The notes under the pieces are model-generated. The model saw only the letters and a program-made list of their open reading frames with translations. It was not told the origin of the DNA and made no database searches. A DNA stretch of 64,000 bases from Amoebidium appalachense (Eukaryota > Protista > Ichthyosporea), in the NCBI GenBank assembly GCA_963693365.1, contig CAVNZM010000008.1, positions 3,625,572 through 3,689,571 of the forward strand, read 5' to 3'. The translations under genes were made by a program, and so were the position numbers. Every line of letters starts with the position of its first letter. Within the stretch, counting starts at the first letter, position 1. Positions 40,345 to 52,824 of the stretch are shown in pieces.

Positions 40345-41060
40345 CAGTATCAGGCCGTGCCATTGCTAGTATGGGCAACCCGTATTCAGACAAAGGGCGA
40401 ATATATGTGCGAAATATACTAAGACGGTTGTATAGGTGTACAGTATTAGAAAGATTAGCAAGATACACATCCCTAAATAACCGAAGCCACCTGCCCGCAC
40501 TCTCCACCCAACGGTCGAGTCATCCGTTTGAAACATATGCCCCATTCGTCCACCGGAAATGCTCGGTATCACCTTGGATTGCGTTGTGTAGTGTGAGAAT
40601 TTGAGCGTAACATGAATGACGATTTCGAAACGCCGCCTGAAGTGGGCTCAAATGGGTAGCCTGCTTAAGGGTGGGATTACGAGACGGGCCTGTAGAAGGC
40701 CACTTTCGAACAATCGGCGAAAGACGGACGTAAGTGTGATAGGGGAGAAATTCATGAATGGGACCCCGTGCAACCGTTTTCTTGATGGGAAACACTATGG
40801 TGTCCAGCCACTCCGAGGGCACTTTACCGACATCAGAATACCAGCTAAAGAATTCGCTAAGAATACACGCAAGGGGTGGCGGCGGGCCACACTGTTCGTC
40901 TTTCTCAGGGCGGGGTGGAATGAGTACCTTAAGTAGTGCCATAGGGATGCCGTCCGGCCCACACGCTTTGCGGGACGGGTAGCGGGAGACTAACTGCCAT
41001 ACCGCATCTGCGGTAAAGTGTGCCCCCAGTTCAGCCCCAAACTCAGCCGGCCCCACTGGC
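40345..41060 (-). pseudogene. Degenerate non-LTR (LINE) reverse transcriptase fragment, internally deleted
   Basis: KACGPDGIP, GKVPSEWLDTIVFPIKK, (frameshift) PITLTSVFRRLFE, LSPLQAAFR...SCYAQI, then directly the C-terminal IFRTYIRPLSEYG motif; catalytic YADD region absent. Confidence 0.85.
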
Positions 41061-41228
41061 CACGCCGTGTGTGGGGGTGGTGGTGTGTCGGTGGGTGGAA
41101 CAAAAACAGGAGGGGGCGCCAGCCCAAGATTCGTGGCCGTACAGGTCGGGTTACGTTTAAACAGTGTGGTGCATGTGTGCATGTGTGTGTATGTGTGTGT
41201 GTGTGTGTGTGCGTGTGCGTGTGTGTGT

Positions 41229-41271
<43 letters not shown>

Positions 41272-41348
41272 CGTGTGTGTGTATGTTTGTGTGTGTAGGT
41301 GTGCGTGTGCGTGTGCGTGTGCGTGTGTGCGTGTGTGTGTATGTTTGT

Positions 41349-41420
<72 letters not shown>

Positions 41421-41778
41421 ACTGTGTGTGTGTGTGTGTGTGTGTGTGTCACGGTGTGTTTGTGGGTGGGTGGGTGTGTTGTGTGTGTGGGGGGGGGGGA
41501 GGGGGTGGAGGGGAGGGGGGTGGAGCTTTAAGACGCTGCGAAGCTGACAATCATTCTCTCATAGCCTAGTAGAACTAGTAACTGGATAGGGGATGACATG
41601 GGAAATGCAAGGAGAAGCCTTGAAGAAAAATCAAACTGTCAAATTCGCATTTCGAAGCCGTTTAAGTATAACGTCATTGAAATGAAGTGGTTACAGGAGG
41701 GGGAGAGGGGGGGGGAGGGGGGGGGGGAGGGGGGGCGAGGGGAGCGAGGCAGAGGTTCTACGAAGACACTTCGGATTT

Positions 41779-42003
41779 ATTCTGCACGAGAACAAAAGGC
41801 CAGGCCTGAATCAAGATTGCAAAGAACCCCAAGATGTTTAGCCGCACCAAGCATATTGCAACTAAGTACCACCTTACTTGCCACCGCGTGCGTCAGCGCA
41901 ACGACATTGCGCTTGTGTATGTGCTAACCAATCAGCCAGGCGGCAGATATGTTCACCAACATGCTAACACGTGCTAATGTTTGTGTTGCTCGAAAACTGT
42001 AGG
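41779..42003 (+). pseudogene. Ty1/copia LTR-retrotransposon RNase H C-terminal remnant
   Basis: IKIAKNPKMFSRTKHIATKYH...IALVYVLTNQ / (frameshift) AADMFTNML matches the copia pattern A.NP..H.RTKHI...YH...YV.T..Q.AD.FTK.L; EMKWL upstream (~41680) may belong to it. Confidence 0.8.
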
Positions 42004-42339
42004 ATATTGGTGTGTACGTATGCAGATCCCGGTGGTATCTCATTCAGCAAGGGGCAGACGGTGTGAGCGAGTTTTGGTGATTACACAATCAGGGACGGTC
42101 ACCGTGTGAGTGTTTTTCGTTTTTCGCTTGATTTATTTGCCGATTTTTGTTGGTGCAATCTTCTTCGCTGGATCTTTGCTACTCTCTTTTTGTGCCCTAG
42201 TGTTATTAGGGGTGCCTGGCAGCCTTACTTGAATAGTGCAAAATAACACATGCAGGGTTTCGCACAAGGTGTGCATGTATCTTGGTCATTGTTAGGAATG
42301 TGTTGATTCTGCTGCCGCTAGAATTGTGGGGACTTAGAA

Positions 42340-43218
42340 TCGAAGCCTTCACTTTTGTTGCATAGGCCCGATTGGCTATAATATATGAGGGGTGGGGGGC
42401 GGAGGGGGGGGGGGGGGGGGGGTTATCCTGGGGAAAAAGGTGGGGGGGGGGAGGGGGAGGGGGGAGGAGGGAGGGGGAAGGGGGAAGGGGGGGGGGGGGG
42501 AGGAGGGAGGGAGGGGGGGGGGGGGGGGGGGGGGGGTTACTAGACCTTGGTAGCAATTGGTCGTGCACGTACACTGATGCATGTAACTGAATGTAAAAAG
42601 AACACAGGGACGAGCATATTTCAAAAACTGGTGGGATTATAAGAGCCATTCAAATTATTGCAAAAATTACTTCTCTGAATTTCCCTTTGTATGGTTATGA
42701 TTTAAATGTTGGGAAGGGGAAGGGGGGTTATTGTGGAAAGGGGGGGAGGGGGGGGGGGGGGGGGGGGGGGGGATTTACCAAAAAATTGGTAACAACTGCT
42801 AGTGCAGGTGACATGCCTGGAACTGAATGTAGAAGGAAAATAGTCGGAGGTGGGATAGTTAAGGATCTAAATGATTGGAAGAGAGACCAGTTTCGGACTG
42901 ATTACAGATTCTGAATTGATTCTGGTTAATGCATGTGATTTGTTATGCTGGGGGGGGGGGGGGGGGGGGGGGGAGGGGGGAGGGGGGGGGGGGGGGGGGG
43001 GGGACCCAAGTGCTTTACTAAGAAACTGGTAACAATTGCTTGTGCAGGTACAAATGGGGAACATATGTAGGGACGCGGCGCCGGCCCAGGGGGTAAAGAT
43101 TGGAATAAGATATCATTTAAATTACAAATTTGATCCTAACTGTGCACGTGGTTGACTATAATGGGAGGGGGAGGGGGGGAGGGACGAGGAAAGGTCCTAA
43201 AAATTTCAAACGGGGGAT

Positions 43219-43252
<34 letters not shown>

Positions 43253-44400
43253 AGAGAGATCTAGAAGTCACTGGTAACAATTGAGGGTGCACGTACATAA
43301 TCATATGATCATCTGAAATTAGATAGAGCCGTGCACACGGACGCGGGATCATTCTTCAAAAGATATACGTAAATGATTGGATGAGCCGTCACGGTGCCAT
43401 TTTGATAACAAAAAGTAACTCTTCTAGTGCATGGGGTTGGCTATTGGAGGGGGAGAGGGGGGGGGTGTTCCTGGGTGGCCGGGGGGAGTTGGGGGGGGGG
43501 GGGGAGGGGGGGGGAGGTTGGGAGGGAGGGGGGCGTTCCTGGGGGACGGGTGGGTGGGGGAGCCTCGGGGGAGGGGGGGAGGGGGGGGGGGGAAGGGGGG
43601 GGGGGGGGAGGGGAGGGTAGGTAGGAGGGATCGATCTACTAATTAGGACCCTCTTAACACTTGATCGAGCATATACATACTTGTATAACTTAATGTAGAA
43701 GGTACGATTGCAAGGGGCCCTAGGTGCCGCAAGGGATAATAACTGAGGTCCAAGGCAATGGAATAGAAAGCTGTATTTCAAATAGCGAAGTTGCTTTTTG
43801 TTGGGTTTGGCCAAAAAAATAAATAAATAAATAAAGGGGGGGGGGGGGGGGGGGGGGGGAGGGGGGGGGGGGGGAGGGGGGGGGGGGGGGGAGGGAGAGG
43901 GAGGAATGCGGGGGGTTTTTTTTGGGGGGGGGGGGGGGGGGGAGGACGGCGGGAGAGGGGGGGGGGGGGGGGAGGGCAGGGATTATTAAGCAGGCTGGTA
44001 ACAATGGCTTGTTGCAACAGTGTACATCCTTGTAACTCGCTGAGAAAAAAGAACACTGAGGGATGTGGGATAGCCAAAGATCTAAAACATTGGAATTGAT
44101 CGAACATGATCCAAATAACAAAGAGCAGTCAACTCTGCTAATTGCAGTGCCCGGGGTTGGATCATGAGGCAGGGGCGCGGGGGGGGGACCTAATACACTG
44201 GGTACAACTGATCGATCGTGCATATAAAGTATAGAGTATTAATAACTTCTAAGATACTATTAGGCGGGAGTTTGGGGATGACGTCGACTCACGAGAGTAT
44301 CAAGGTTTGAGCAGAAAGCCAAATAACTAGGAAACCTAACTCTGTTAATGCATGGGGTCGACTGTGTGTGTGTGGGGGGGGAGGGGGACTCCCTGGGGGT
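42340..44400 (+). repeat. Degenerate ~240-bp tandem array, each unit with a poly-G tract
   Basis: Core TGGTAACAATTG..GTGCA at 42548, 42787, 43027, 43272, 43996, 44199. Confidence 0.6.
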
Positions 44401-44639
44401 GCCCCGGGGAGAGGTGAGGGGGGGGAGGGGAGGAGGGGAGGTGCACGTGTGAGTCGGGATCAACTGAGACACTGCTAGCGACTACTGAGAGAAGAATAAA
44501 TATGGGGGAATTAAACATTTAGAGGCCGTTTCTGGGGAAGATGGGGGAGGACAACAAAAACACACAACGAGTGAGAGTTTACCAGCTTCTGTGGTCTTTA
44601 CACAACCCGATTCTGAAACCACTGAAGTGGCTTTTTCAA

Positions 44640-45172
<533 letters not shown>

Positions 45173-45309
45173 CGATGTAATAGTACCGTACTATTACTGA
45201 GTTCCGTGAGATCTCTGTGTGACGTCTTTCACACATTCGAGCTCACAAAGCTTAAGGATTCTCATGATCAACCATACACTAATACCATAACACAACACAC
45301 ACACACACA

Positions 45310-45340
<31 letters not shown>

Positions 45341-45403
45341 GTATTGGTGGTTGGGGGGTGGGGGGAAAGGCACCGGGCAGACCCCGCGGGGGGGGGGGGG
45401 GGA

Positions 45404-46095
45404 GGGGTTTGAATGCGGAACACAGTACGAAGTACGCATACACGATGAGAAGCATGGTGCAGGACACATGCAAAGGCAAACATTCAAGTATGCAACATCA
45501 GCCATGCGCACAGTATGCGTCATAAGCAGAGCCCATCCTCAGGGAGGGCCCAAGTCATCAATTGCGTCTGAGTTTCGACCCCTTAGCCCGCGTATATACG
45601 ACGCTCCAACTCAGACAGCAGCATCAACTGAACTTGGGTGGGTCAACCCGTCTTTATCAAAGACGAGCAGGGTTGCTTATGCAAGCAAGGTGAGCAGAAC
45701 GGTGAAGATGTGTGTGCAAACTAATGCAGTGCACCAAAAAACGCGTATGTGCTTACAGATGCACGACACAGAGCAACCATGCCCGGTTGCATGGAAGTAA
45801 AGATGTCTCCACACAGTGGTCTGTCCTGAAAGGACACCTCTGAAAGAAGACAGGGGGGGTTTGAATGCGGAACACAGTACGAAGTACGCATACACGATGA
45901 GAAGCATGGTGCAGGACACATGCAAAGGCAAACATTCAAGTATGCAACATCAGCCATGCGCACAGTATGCGTCATAAGCAGAGCCCATCCTCAGGGAGGG
46001 CCCAAGTCATCAATTGCGTCTGAGTTTCGACCCCTTAGCCCGCGTATATACGACGCTCCAACTCAGACAGCAGCATCAACTGAACTTGGGTGGGT
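45404..46095 (-). repeat. 452-bp repeat family, ~1.5 tandem units, inverted orientation
   Basis: Period 452 (GAATGCGGAA at 45411 and 45863); G-runs on both sides. Confidence 0.92.
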
Positions 46096-46255
46096 GGGTG
46101 GGTGGGGGGGGGGGGGGGGAGGGGGGGGCCCGGGGGGAGGGGGAGGGGGGCGGGGGGGGTCCAGGCCGTCCCGGGCTCTACATAGAGTTTGCTACAACGT
46201 GTCAGGGGTCGTTGGATGCCTTTTGCGGAAGTTCATAGCTTCAGCACAACTCTGA

Positions 46256-46384
46256 CAATTGTCGCTGAAATTAATCACTGAATTTCGAACTGGTAACTGT
46301 TGCCACAGCCCTGTACATCAATTGTCGCTGAAATTAATCACTGAATTTCGAACTGGTAACTGTTGCCACAGCCCTGTACATCAA
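46256..46384. repeat. Perfect 63-bp tandem duplication
   Basis: CAATTGTCGCTGAAATT...CCCTGTACAT twice (46256, 46319). Confidence 0.9.
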
Positions 46385-46971
46385 GAGTTTTAAAGTCATT
46401 ACCCGTAATAAACTAATTACATGTACAAACAGCTAGTTACATAGGCTATAGCTAGTAGCCGTGGCATACCAACATAGTGTGATGGTGGGCTTGGATGATA
46501 TGTACACAGTCAACGTGCATTGCTATGGGATGCCGCCGGTGCCACTGTAACCGTTGTCGTGACATCTAGCAATCTGTGGATAGTATGTACTGAAGACCGT
46601 ACTTACACAGCCTTTAGTAATAAGCAGAGGCTCAGAGTGGTAGTTACTAATGGCCGTTTGCGGTGGCCATGGTGTAGCTAAAAAAAAATGTGGATTCATC
46701 TGGGTACTAATAAAAATTACATCATAGAGATCTATGCCTAGAGAACACAAAGAATTTGGAAAGAAAGAGAAACTGAAAGCCTTGAAAAAAGATAGAAAGC
46801 AAGAAAGAAAGCCTTGAAAGAAGCTTAAGAAAATGACTCTTTAAAAGAAAAAAAGGAAGGCAGACAGAAAGGATCACTTAGTCTATACCATTATTCGTAA
46901 ATCACTCGGTGTACCCAGTACTGGATTGGCCCATACCCCGTGTAACTGGATGCAAGAGATGGTGGTATGAT

Positions 46972-49062
46972 TCAGGGGCACCAACTGTTATTAGGACGTG
47001 TGGGAGGAGGGCGCGTTAAATGTCCCTCATAGCCATTTGATTCCGCATTATCCCAAGAAAACGAACGAATAAATTCGGCCGTTGCAGCCTCCAGTTCCTC
47101 CGGGCTTATTGCCAGGGGCTCTTCAATGGGCGTGGCTGACTGAAATTCGTCGCCGTTCGTTGAGACCCCCCCCATACTGACGCATTGAAATTCCGGCTCG
47201 TCCTCATTTGTGCCGGTCATGTCGTTCTGAGGTACCGCCGCCTCATAGCAAAATTCTGCATCTGAAGATCCCCCATGCTGCCACGTGCCAGCCCCCGGCG
47301 CAGCCACAAACACTCTCTGCACCTGGTTTTGCAGGGTCTCCGGCGGGGGTGCATTTTCGGACACGAAAATTTGCTGCGGACCAACGATCCATTCTGTTTG
47401 CACGTGGGTTTGCGGTGCCGCGTCGACGACAATTGCGTATCTTGGTGGTGGCAGAATAGGGCCCCCCTGATGCCAACTTTGGCTGCGAACTCGCTGGCGC
47501 TGTGGCGATTGCCCCACCACGTAATGCGTGCCATGGTGCAAATTCACACTGGTGCCCGAAAATTCGACGATACCCTCGTACATTGGTTGTGTCGTTTCGA
47601 AAAAAATACCACCTGTACTCGGGTCGTAGTAGGCTGTTTGATGTGAATATACATCATCTGCCGGGGCCGTGCTTGCCAAAACTGGTTGCCCCTGGTAGGA
47701 CAAAACACGGTAGACAACGGCATAGGATGGCTGGGGGGGTTCATACTTGGAGGGGTCTGAAATTGTGCGAACAATGTGATATGTTGCAGGGCCTGCCAAG
47801 TTGGGCTCCGAGTGTGTTTGGAGAACGTTCACAAATGCATATTGAGGGGGGTTTTTCTCGTGAACTTCCACAAAACCCCCCCTGAGACCGTGATGAAGCG
47901 GCGCCGCGTGGGCTTCGTGGAGCACCGTAATTTCATTGAAATTTTGCATTTCGTGATGGGTCACCTGGGCTTCTGCGCCATGCCACGGACTACCCGCCTG
48001 TGTTTCGAACCCTTCGTGCGTAGAGTGAAAAGTGTGTGTGGTTGCGTCCGAGAGCGAACTCGCCGACTGCCTCCGCTGTTGCATGTCCGCAAACAAAATT
48101 TCATGGTGGGAGGGGGGGTCCATTCGATTCGAATATAGCCGCCGCCGTGGGTTTTCATTAACAGGAATATAAACGTACTGCACGACTGGCGGCGAATCCT
48201 GTTGCTCCGTAGATGCGGGAAAGGTGGGGTTTTCATCCACAGTAAAACTTTCACATTGTTCGTCGCTGGACCCGGTTGTGTCATACCAGCAGTGCTGTGT
48301 GTCCTCTACTTGGTTTTCCGTCGAGGGGCCTATGGCGGTAGTGGGGTCCGACTCCATCTCATCACTCTCGTATGTGTAACTTCTTAGCGCCGGGCCAGAA
48401 TCGTTCCATGTGGTGGCTTGCTCCTCCGTGTGCACGTTGTGGTCTTGCTCGGATTCAGGGCTAGTGTACGTAGTTGAGCGGTATTCCGCCCATTCCTGGG
48501 TGCTGCATGTTTCGTGTAACTGCCCGCCGGCCGTCTCCGCGTGGTGATCTGGGCCGCTCGCATCATCGTCATCTGATGTGTGTGGGGATATGAGCTGTGT
48601 TGAAGCACGACGGGAGTGGTCAAAAACGAGGTCCTCGGATGGCAGAAACGGCAACTCAGACTGGTTGCAGTCTTTAACCACTGCATGTGCACCCAGCCCG
48701 CCAGCCCATATAGGTGTATTAGCGGAATATTTGACACTGATGGGACGGATTGGAAGCCTCGAACCCATTCCAATGGAATTGGTACCGGTGAAGGCATCGT
48801 TGTTGTTTTGGGCCCCCCCCACTGCAGGTTGGTTTAAAGGTAGCGTGCGTTTATGACGTCGATAAACCACGTTTGGTCTCCTTGCTCTTGGTTTTAACGA
48901 TGTCTGAAAGTTACCTGGTGTTAGGCCAACATCGCGATGTTTCCTGCGTACGTGATTACGTAGGGATGCATCTGTGGCAAAACTCTTTGTGCAGTCTGGG
49001 CACGGTATGCGTGATGGGTCGCGTTCCCTGACAACAGGTGATGTGCTCGTGCGTTGTGCCAT
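46972..49062 (-). CDS. Single C2H2 zinc-finger protein, ~696 aa, with acidic/disordered tail
   Basis: Uninterrupted ORF (track starts at TTG 49116; first in-frame ATG 49062, MAQRTSTS); RIPCPDCTKSFATDASLRNHVRRKH. Confidence 0.88.
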   Translation of the reverse strand: MAQRTSTSPVVRERDPSRIPCPDCTKSFATDASLRNHVRRKHRDVGLTPGNFQTSLKPRARRPNVVYRRHKRTLPLNQPAVGGAQNNNDAFTGTNSIGMGSRLPIRPISVKYSANTPIWAGGLGAHAVVKDCNQSELPFLPSEDLVFDHSRRASTQLISPHTSDDDDASGPDHHAETAGGQLHETCSTQEWAEYRSTTYTSPESEQDHNVHTEEQATTWNDSGPALRSYTYESDEMESDPTTAIGPSTENQVEDTQHCWYDTTGSSDEQCESFTVDENPTFPASTEQQDSPPVVQYVYIPVNENPRRRLYSNRMDPPSHHEILFADMQQRRQSASSLSDATTHTFHSTHEGFETQAGSPWHGAEAQVTHHEMQNFNEITVLHEAHAAPLHHGLRGGFVEVHEKNPPQYAFVNVLQTHSEPNLAGPATYHIVRTISDPSKYEPPQPSYAVVYRVLSYQGQPVLASTAPADDVYSHQTAYYDPSTGGIFFETTQPMYEGIVEFSGTSVNLHHGTHYVVGQSPQRQRVRSQSWHQGGPILPPPRYAIVVDAAPQTHVQTEWIVGPQQIFVSENAPPPETLQNQVQRVFVAAPGAGTWQHGGSSDAEFCYEAAVPQNDMTGTNEDEPEFQCVSMGGVSTNGDEFQSATPIEEPLAISPEELEAATAEFIRSFSWDNAESNGYEGHLTRPPPTRPNNSWCP

Positions 49063-49611
49063 TCCTGGAATCTGGGCGTGATGAGGCGGGTGGATTGTGT
49101 GGGTGGCCCCACTCAAACGAACATCTTAGTATTATCAATAGTACCTTTCGTGATACTAGAGTCTATCCCTTACGATCTATAATCACTTAGTAAGGTCACA
49201 GAGCCTGACTTTCGACGTCACATTTAAAAACTTCAAACTTGATAGTTGGTCCGATGATGTGATGTAAACTGAGTATGACAGTTTTCAAAGCCTGTCATGA
49301 CCTGAACCGAAATGCACCCTTCCGCGTATCTGGGGCACAGTGGCAGTGCCTAACTGAGGAAAAGTCTATCGTTGATAATTGCTGCAACTGCGACCCGACC
49401 TGTACGTATCACTATATATAGAACTATATTAATAATCATTGCTGATGTTTGTGACCGAAGTATGCCGTGTTCACTCTGAGCACAGGCAACGGTTAAAGAC
49501 TAGCAGTAGACCCTAGAATAAACTGAGTTTCAAGACTTATCTATAATACATATCCGTACACGTGTGATAACAGCTCTGTTTTTCTCGTGGCCGGAGTCTA
49601 CCTATATTACG

Positions 49612-49704
<93 letters not shown>

Positions 49705-49874
49705 CTGTGTGTGACATTGCCGGCCCGTCGGTTCAAAGTGGTGTACCGCTGAGGGGTCACTCACTTTAGAATACCAGGCAAATTCGGGGCAGGGTCTAGA
49801 ATCTTGAGGTTCTGGCCCAATGGTTCATTGTATCGATCGTAACCACCACCCCTTTCCCGCCCCCCCCCCCCCCT

Positions 49875-49905
<31 letters not shown>

Positions 49906-50014
49906 CCCGCACCGCCTCCTGTCCCGTGGGAGCACTTTCTGGCCCGAAACCGTGTGACGTTTTTTTTTCCCTTCCTTTCCCCCCCCTTTTTTTTTCTCCC
50001 AATTTTTTTTTTTT

Positions 50015-50045
<31 letters not shown>

Positions 50046-50542
50046 GGAGGAGGCATAGATCAGCACACGCGCGGGCCGCCGTGCACTGCATGGCACACTC
50101 TTGCTAAGTCACTGTATGCGGCCTGAGTGTAGCCAGGTCGATGTGGATTCTAAGGGGCACTGACCAATTGAGTTAATACAGCCAGTATATATGTGAACGA
50201 GGAGACTCAAAAACGTGCCCGAAAGACTCCAAAATCGTACTCAATATTTTGTTTGCCGCAAGGCCTGCCTTGTTTTGTTTTTTGGTTTTGAATCATAGCG
50301 CCAAAGTTTCGACCGAGATTGGTCTACGTTTGACCATTATTTGGCTTCAGTTTTGGTTTTGTAGCGCACACACCACACGTGCACACAGTTTCATGCACAC
50401 ACACACGCGCGCGCACACTGTGGCACACGCACACACACACAGACATACACACACGTGCACACAGTTACGGTACACAAACACAAACACTCATCACACACTT
50501 GACACATCCGGTGCCCTGTATAGACACATACTCTACGCCCCC

Positions 50543-50576
<34 letters not shown>

Positions 50577-50762
50577 CCCCCCTCCCTCCCTCCCCTTGCC
50601 CCGCCCCTTCCCCTCACCTCCCGGGGGAAGTTTTTTTGGGGTGATTGGGTTGGAAGGAGTGTGTTCTTGTGGGGGGAATGTGGGGGAAGGGGGAGGGAGG
50701 TGGGGTGGAGGGAGGGAACCGGGGGGGGGGGGGGGGGGAGGGAGGTGGGGTGGAGGGAGGGA

Positions 50763-50793
<31 letters not shown>

Positions 50794-51334
50794 AGGATGG
50801 GGGGGGGGGGGAGGGGGGGATGGGGGGGGGGGGGGGGGGGGGATCTGCGCCATGCGCAGACTGCCGTGTCATACTGCATGATATCCAGTTGCTATGCCGC
50901 CTGTAGGCGCTTGCACAATGCAATGCACAATAGAGTATGCATCCCAGTGGTTACATACATACTTACAGTATGTGCATAGTAAACGTGGATACGGAGACAC
51001 AGAAACACCAAATATGTTTACCTGCCTTGCCTTTTTTTTTTTAAACAACGGTTTGGAAGCTCCGAGCCTGTTGTTGTGTTTCAATTTAGGGTTAAAATTT
51101 TAATGTCTAAAAGAACCTGTTTTAGGTTCGTTTTGGCATTCTAATTTATAATTCAGATTGTTTTTAATGGCTGGCTGGCTTATTCAGTTGCTTCCTATAG
51201 TCAACGGTTTGTTTGCGTACGCACACACGCACACACACATGCATACACGCACACACGCACACTCAAAGAGAGAGAGAGCCTCGGAGACAGACGGAGAGAC
51301 ACATACACTGCACACACACACACACATACACACT

Positions 51335-51478
<144 letters not shown>

Positions 51479-51543
51479 AGAGAGAGAGCCTCGGGAAGAC
51501 AGGGAGAGAAAGAGAGAGAAAGAGAGAGTGTGTGTGTGCCACG

Positions 51544-51614
<71 letters not shown>

Positions 51615-51628
51615 AGAGAGAAAGAGCA

Positions 51629-51662
<34 letters not shown>

Positions 51663-51972
51663 GAGAGAGAGAGAGAGAGAGAGATCCTGAGAGTCGTCAG
51701 CACGCACGCACACACACACACATGCACACACACCTGCACACGCAGAGGGAGAGAGAGGCAGACAAACACATACACACACGCATACACACACAAAAACCAC
51801 ACCTATCACAGGTAAACTACACATGGATCTGAACACATTCTTGCACAAAAGTGCCTAGGCAAACACTAATTGGCACGTGTCTGGGCACCTCGTGCCATTA
51901 TTATGCAAACAGCGTGTGCCAAAGTTTCTCTACTACAGTCTGTGGGACCACACACAAACACATGCACACACA

Positions 51973-52042
<70 letters not shown>

Positions 52043-52058
52043 GCCACAGACACACACA

Positions 52059-52130
<72 letters not shown>

Positions 52131-52169
52131 GCCACAGACACACACACACACACACACACCCACACACAC

Positions 52170-52238
<69 letters not shown>

Positions 52239-52824
52239 CTCTTTCGCCTGCCAGCGAAGCAAAGCTTGGCTACCATCGTTTTTGAAAAATTTAAGCTAGA
52301 CAGGAAGTATTATGTAGATGGCAGGCTGTTTCAGTGAACCAAATCTTTGGATTGTGCAGAGGGAAGTCAACCCCCTCCCTCTCCCCTCCGCCCCCGTCCC
52401 CCCCTCCCCCCCCTCCCCCCCTCCCCCTCCCCCCCCCCCCCCCCCCGCCCCTGCCACCCAAACCTCCCACCCGAGCCCTCCTCGTCATTGTATTTTATAC
52501 CCAGCCTCGGTAACCCCTATAATCTTTCTTAAAGTTTCTTTAAAAGCTAAAAAACATTTAAGTACTTATTATCTTTTAAGTGAAATGTTGTAACCCGCAA
52601 TGACCTCTGTAGTATGGTGGCCACAGTATGTTATGATGGCTTGAGTAAACCATGCATGGCCAAATGCACACAAGATGCAATTGGAAATGGGTTGAGGGAA
52701 GCCGTGTGGGGATTAAGACACTCAGTCTGATTTGAGCCCTGGCAGGGGGTCCAATAAAGTGCCACTGTGTGGTTGTGTTAGTGGCTATGTGGGAAGGAGG
52801 AGTTTGGGGGGGGGGGGGGGGGGG

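Noticed and set aside
45351-46255. Recurrent ORF MQRQTFKYATSAMRTVCVISRAHPQGG...
   Set aside because: Recurs only because it lies in the 452-bp repeat; diverged copies break the frame
46256-46384. CRISPR-like repeats
   Set aside because: Simple tandem duplication with no spacers or cas genes, in a eukaryotic context
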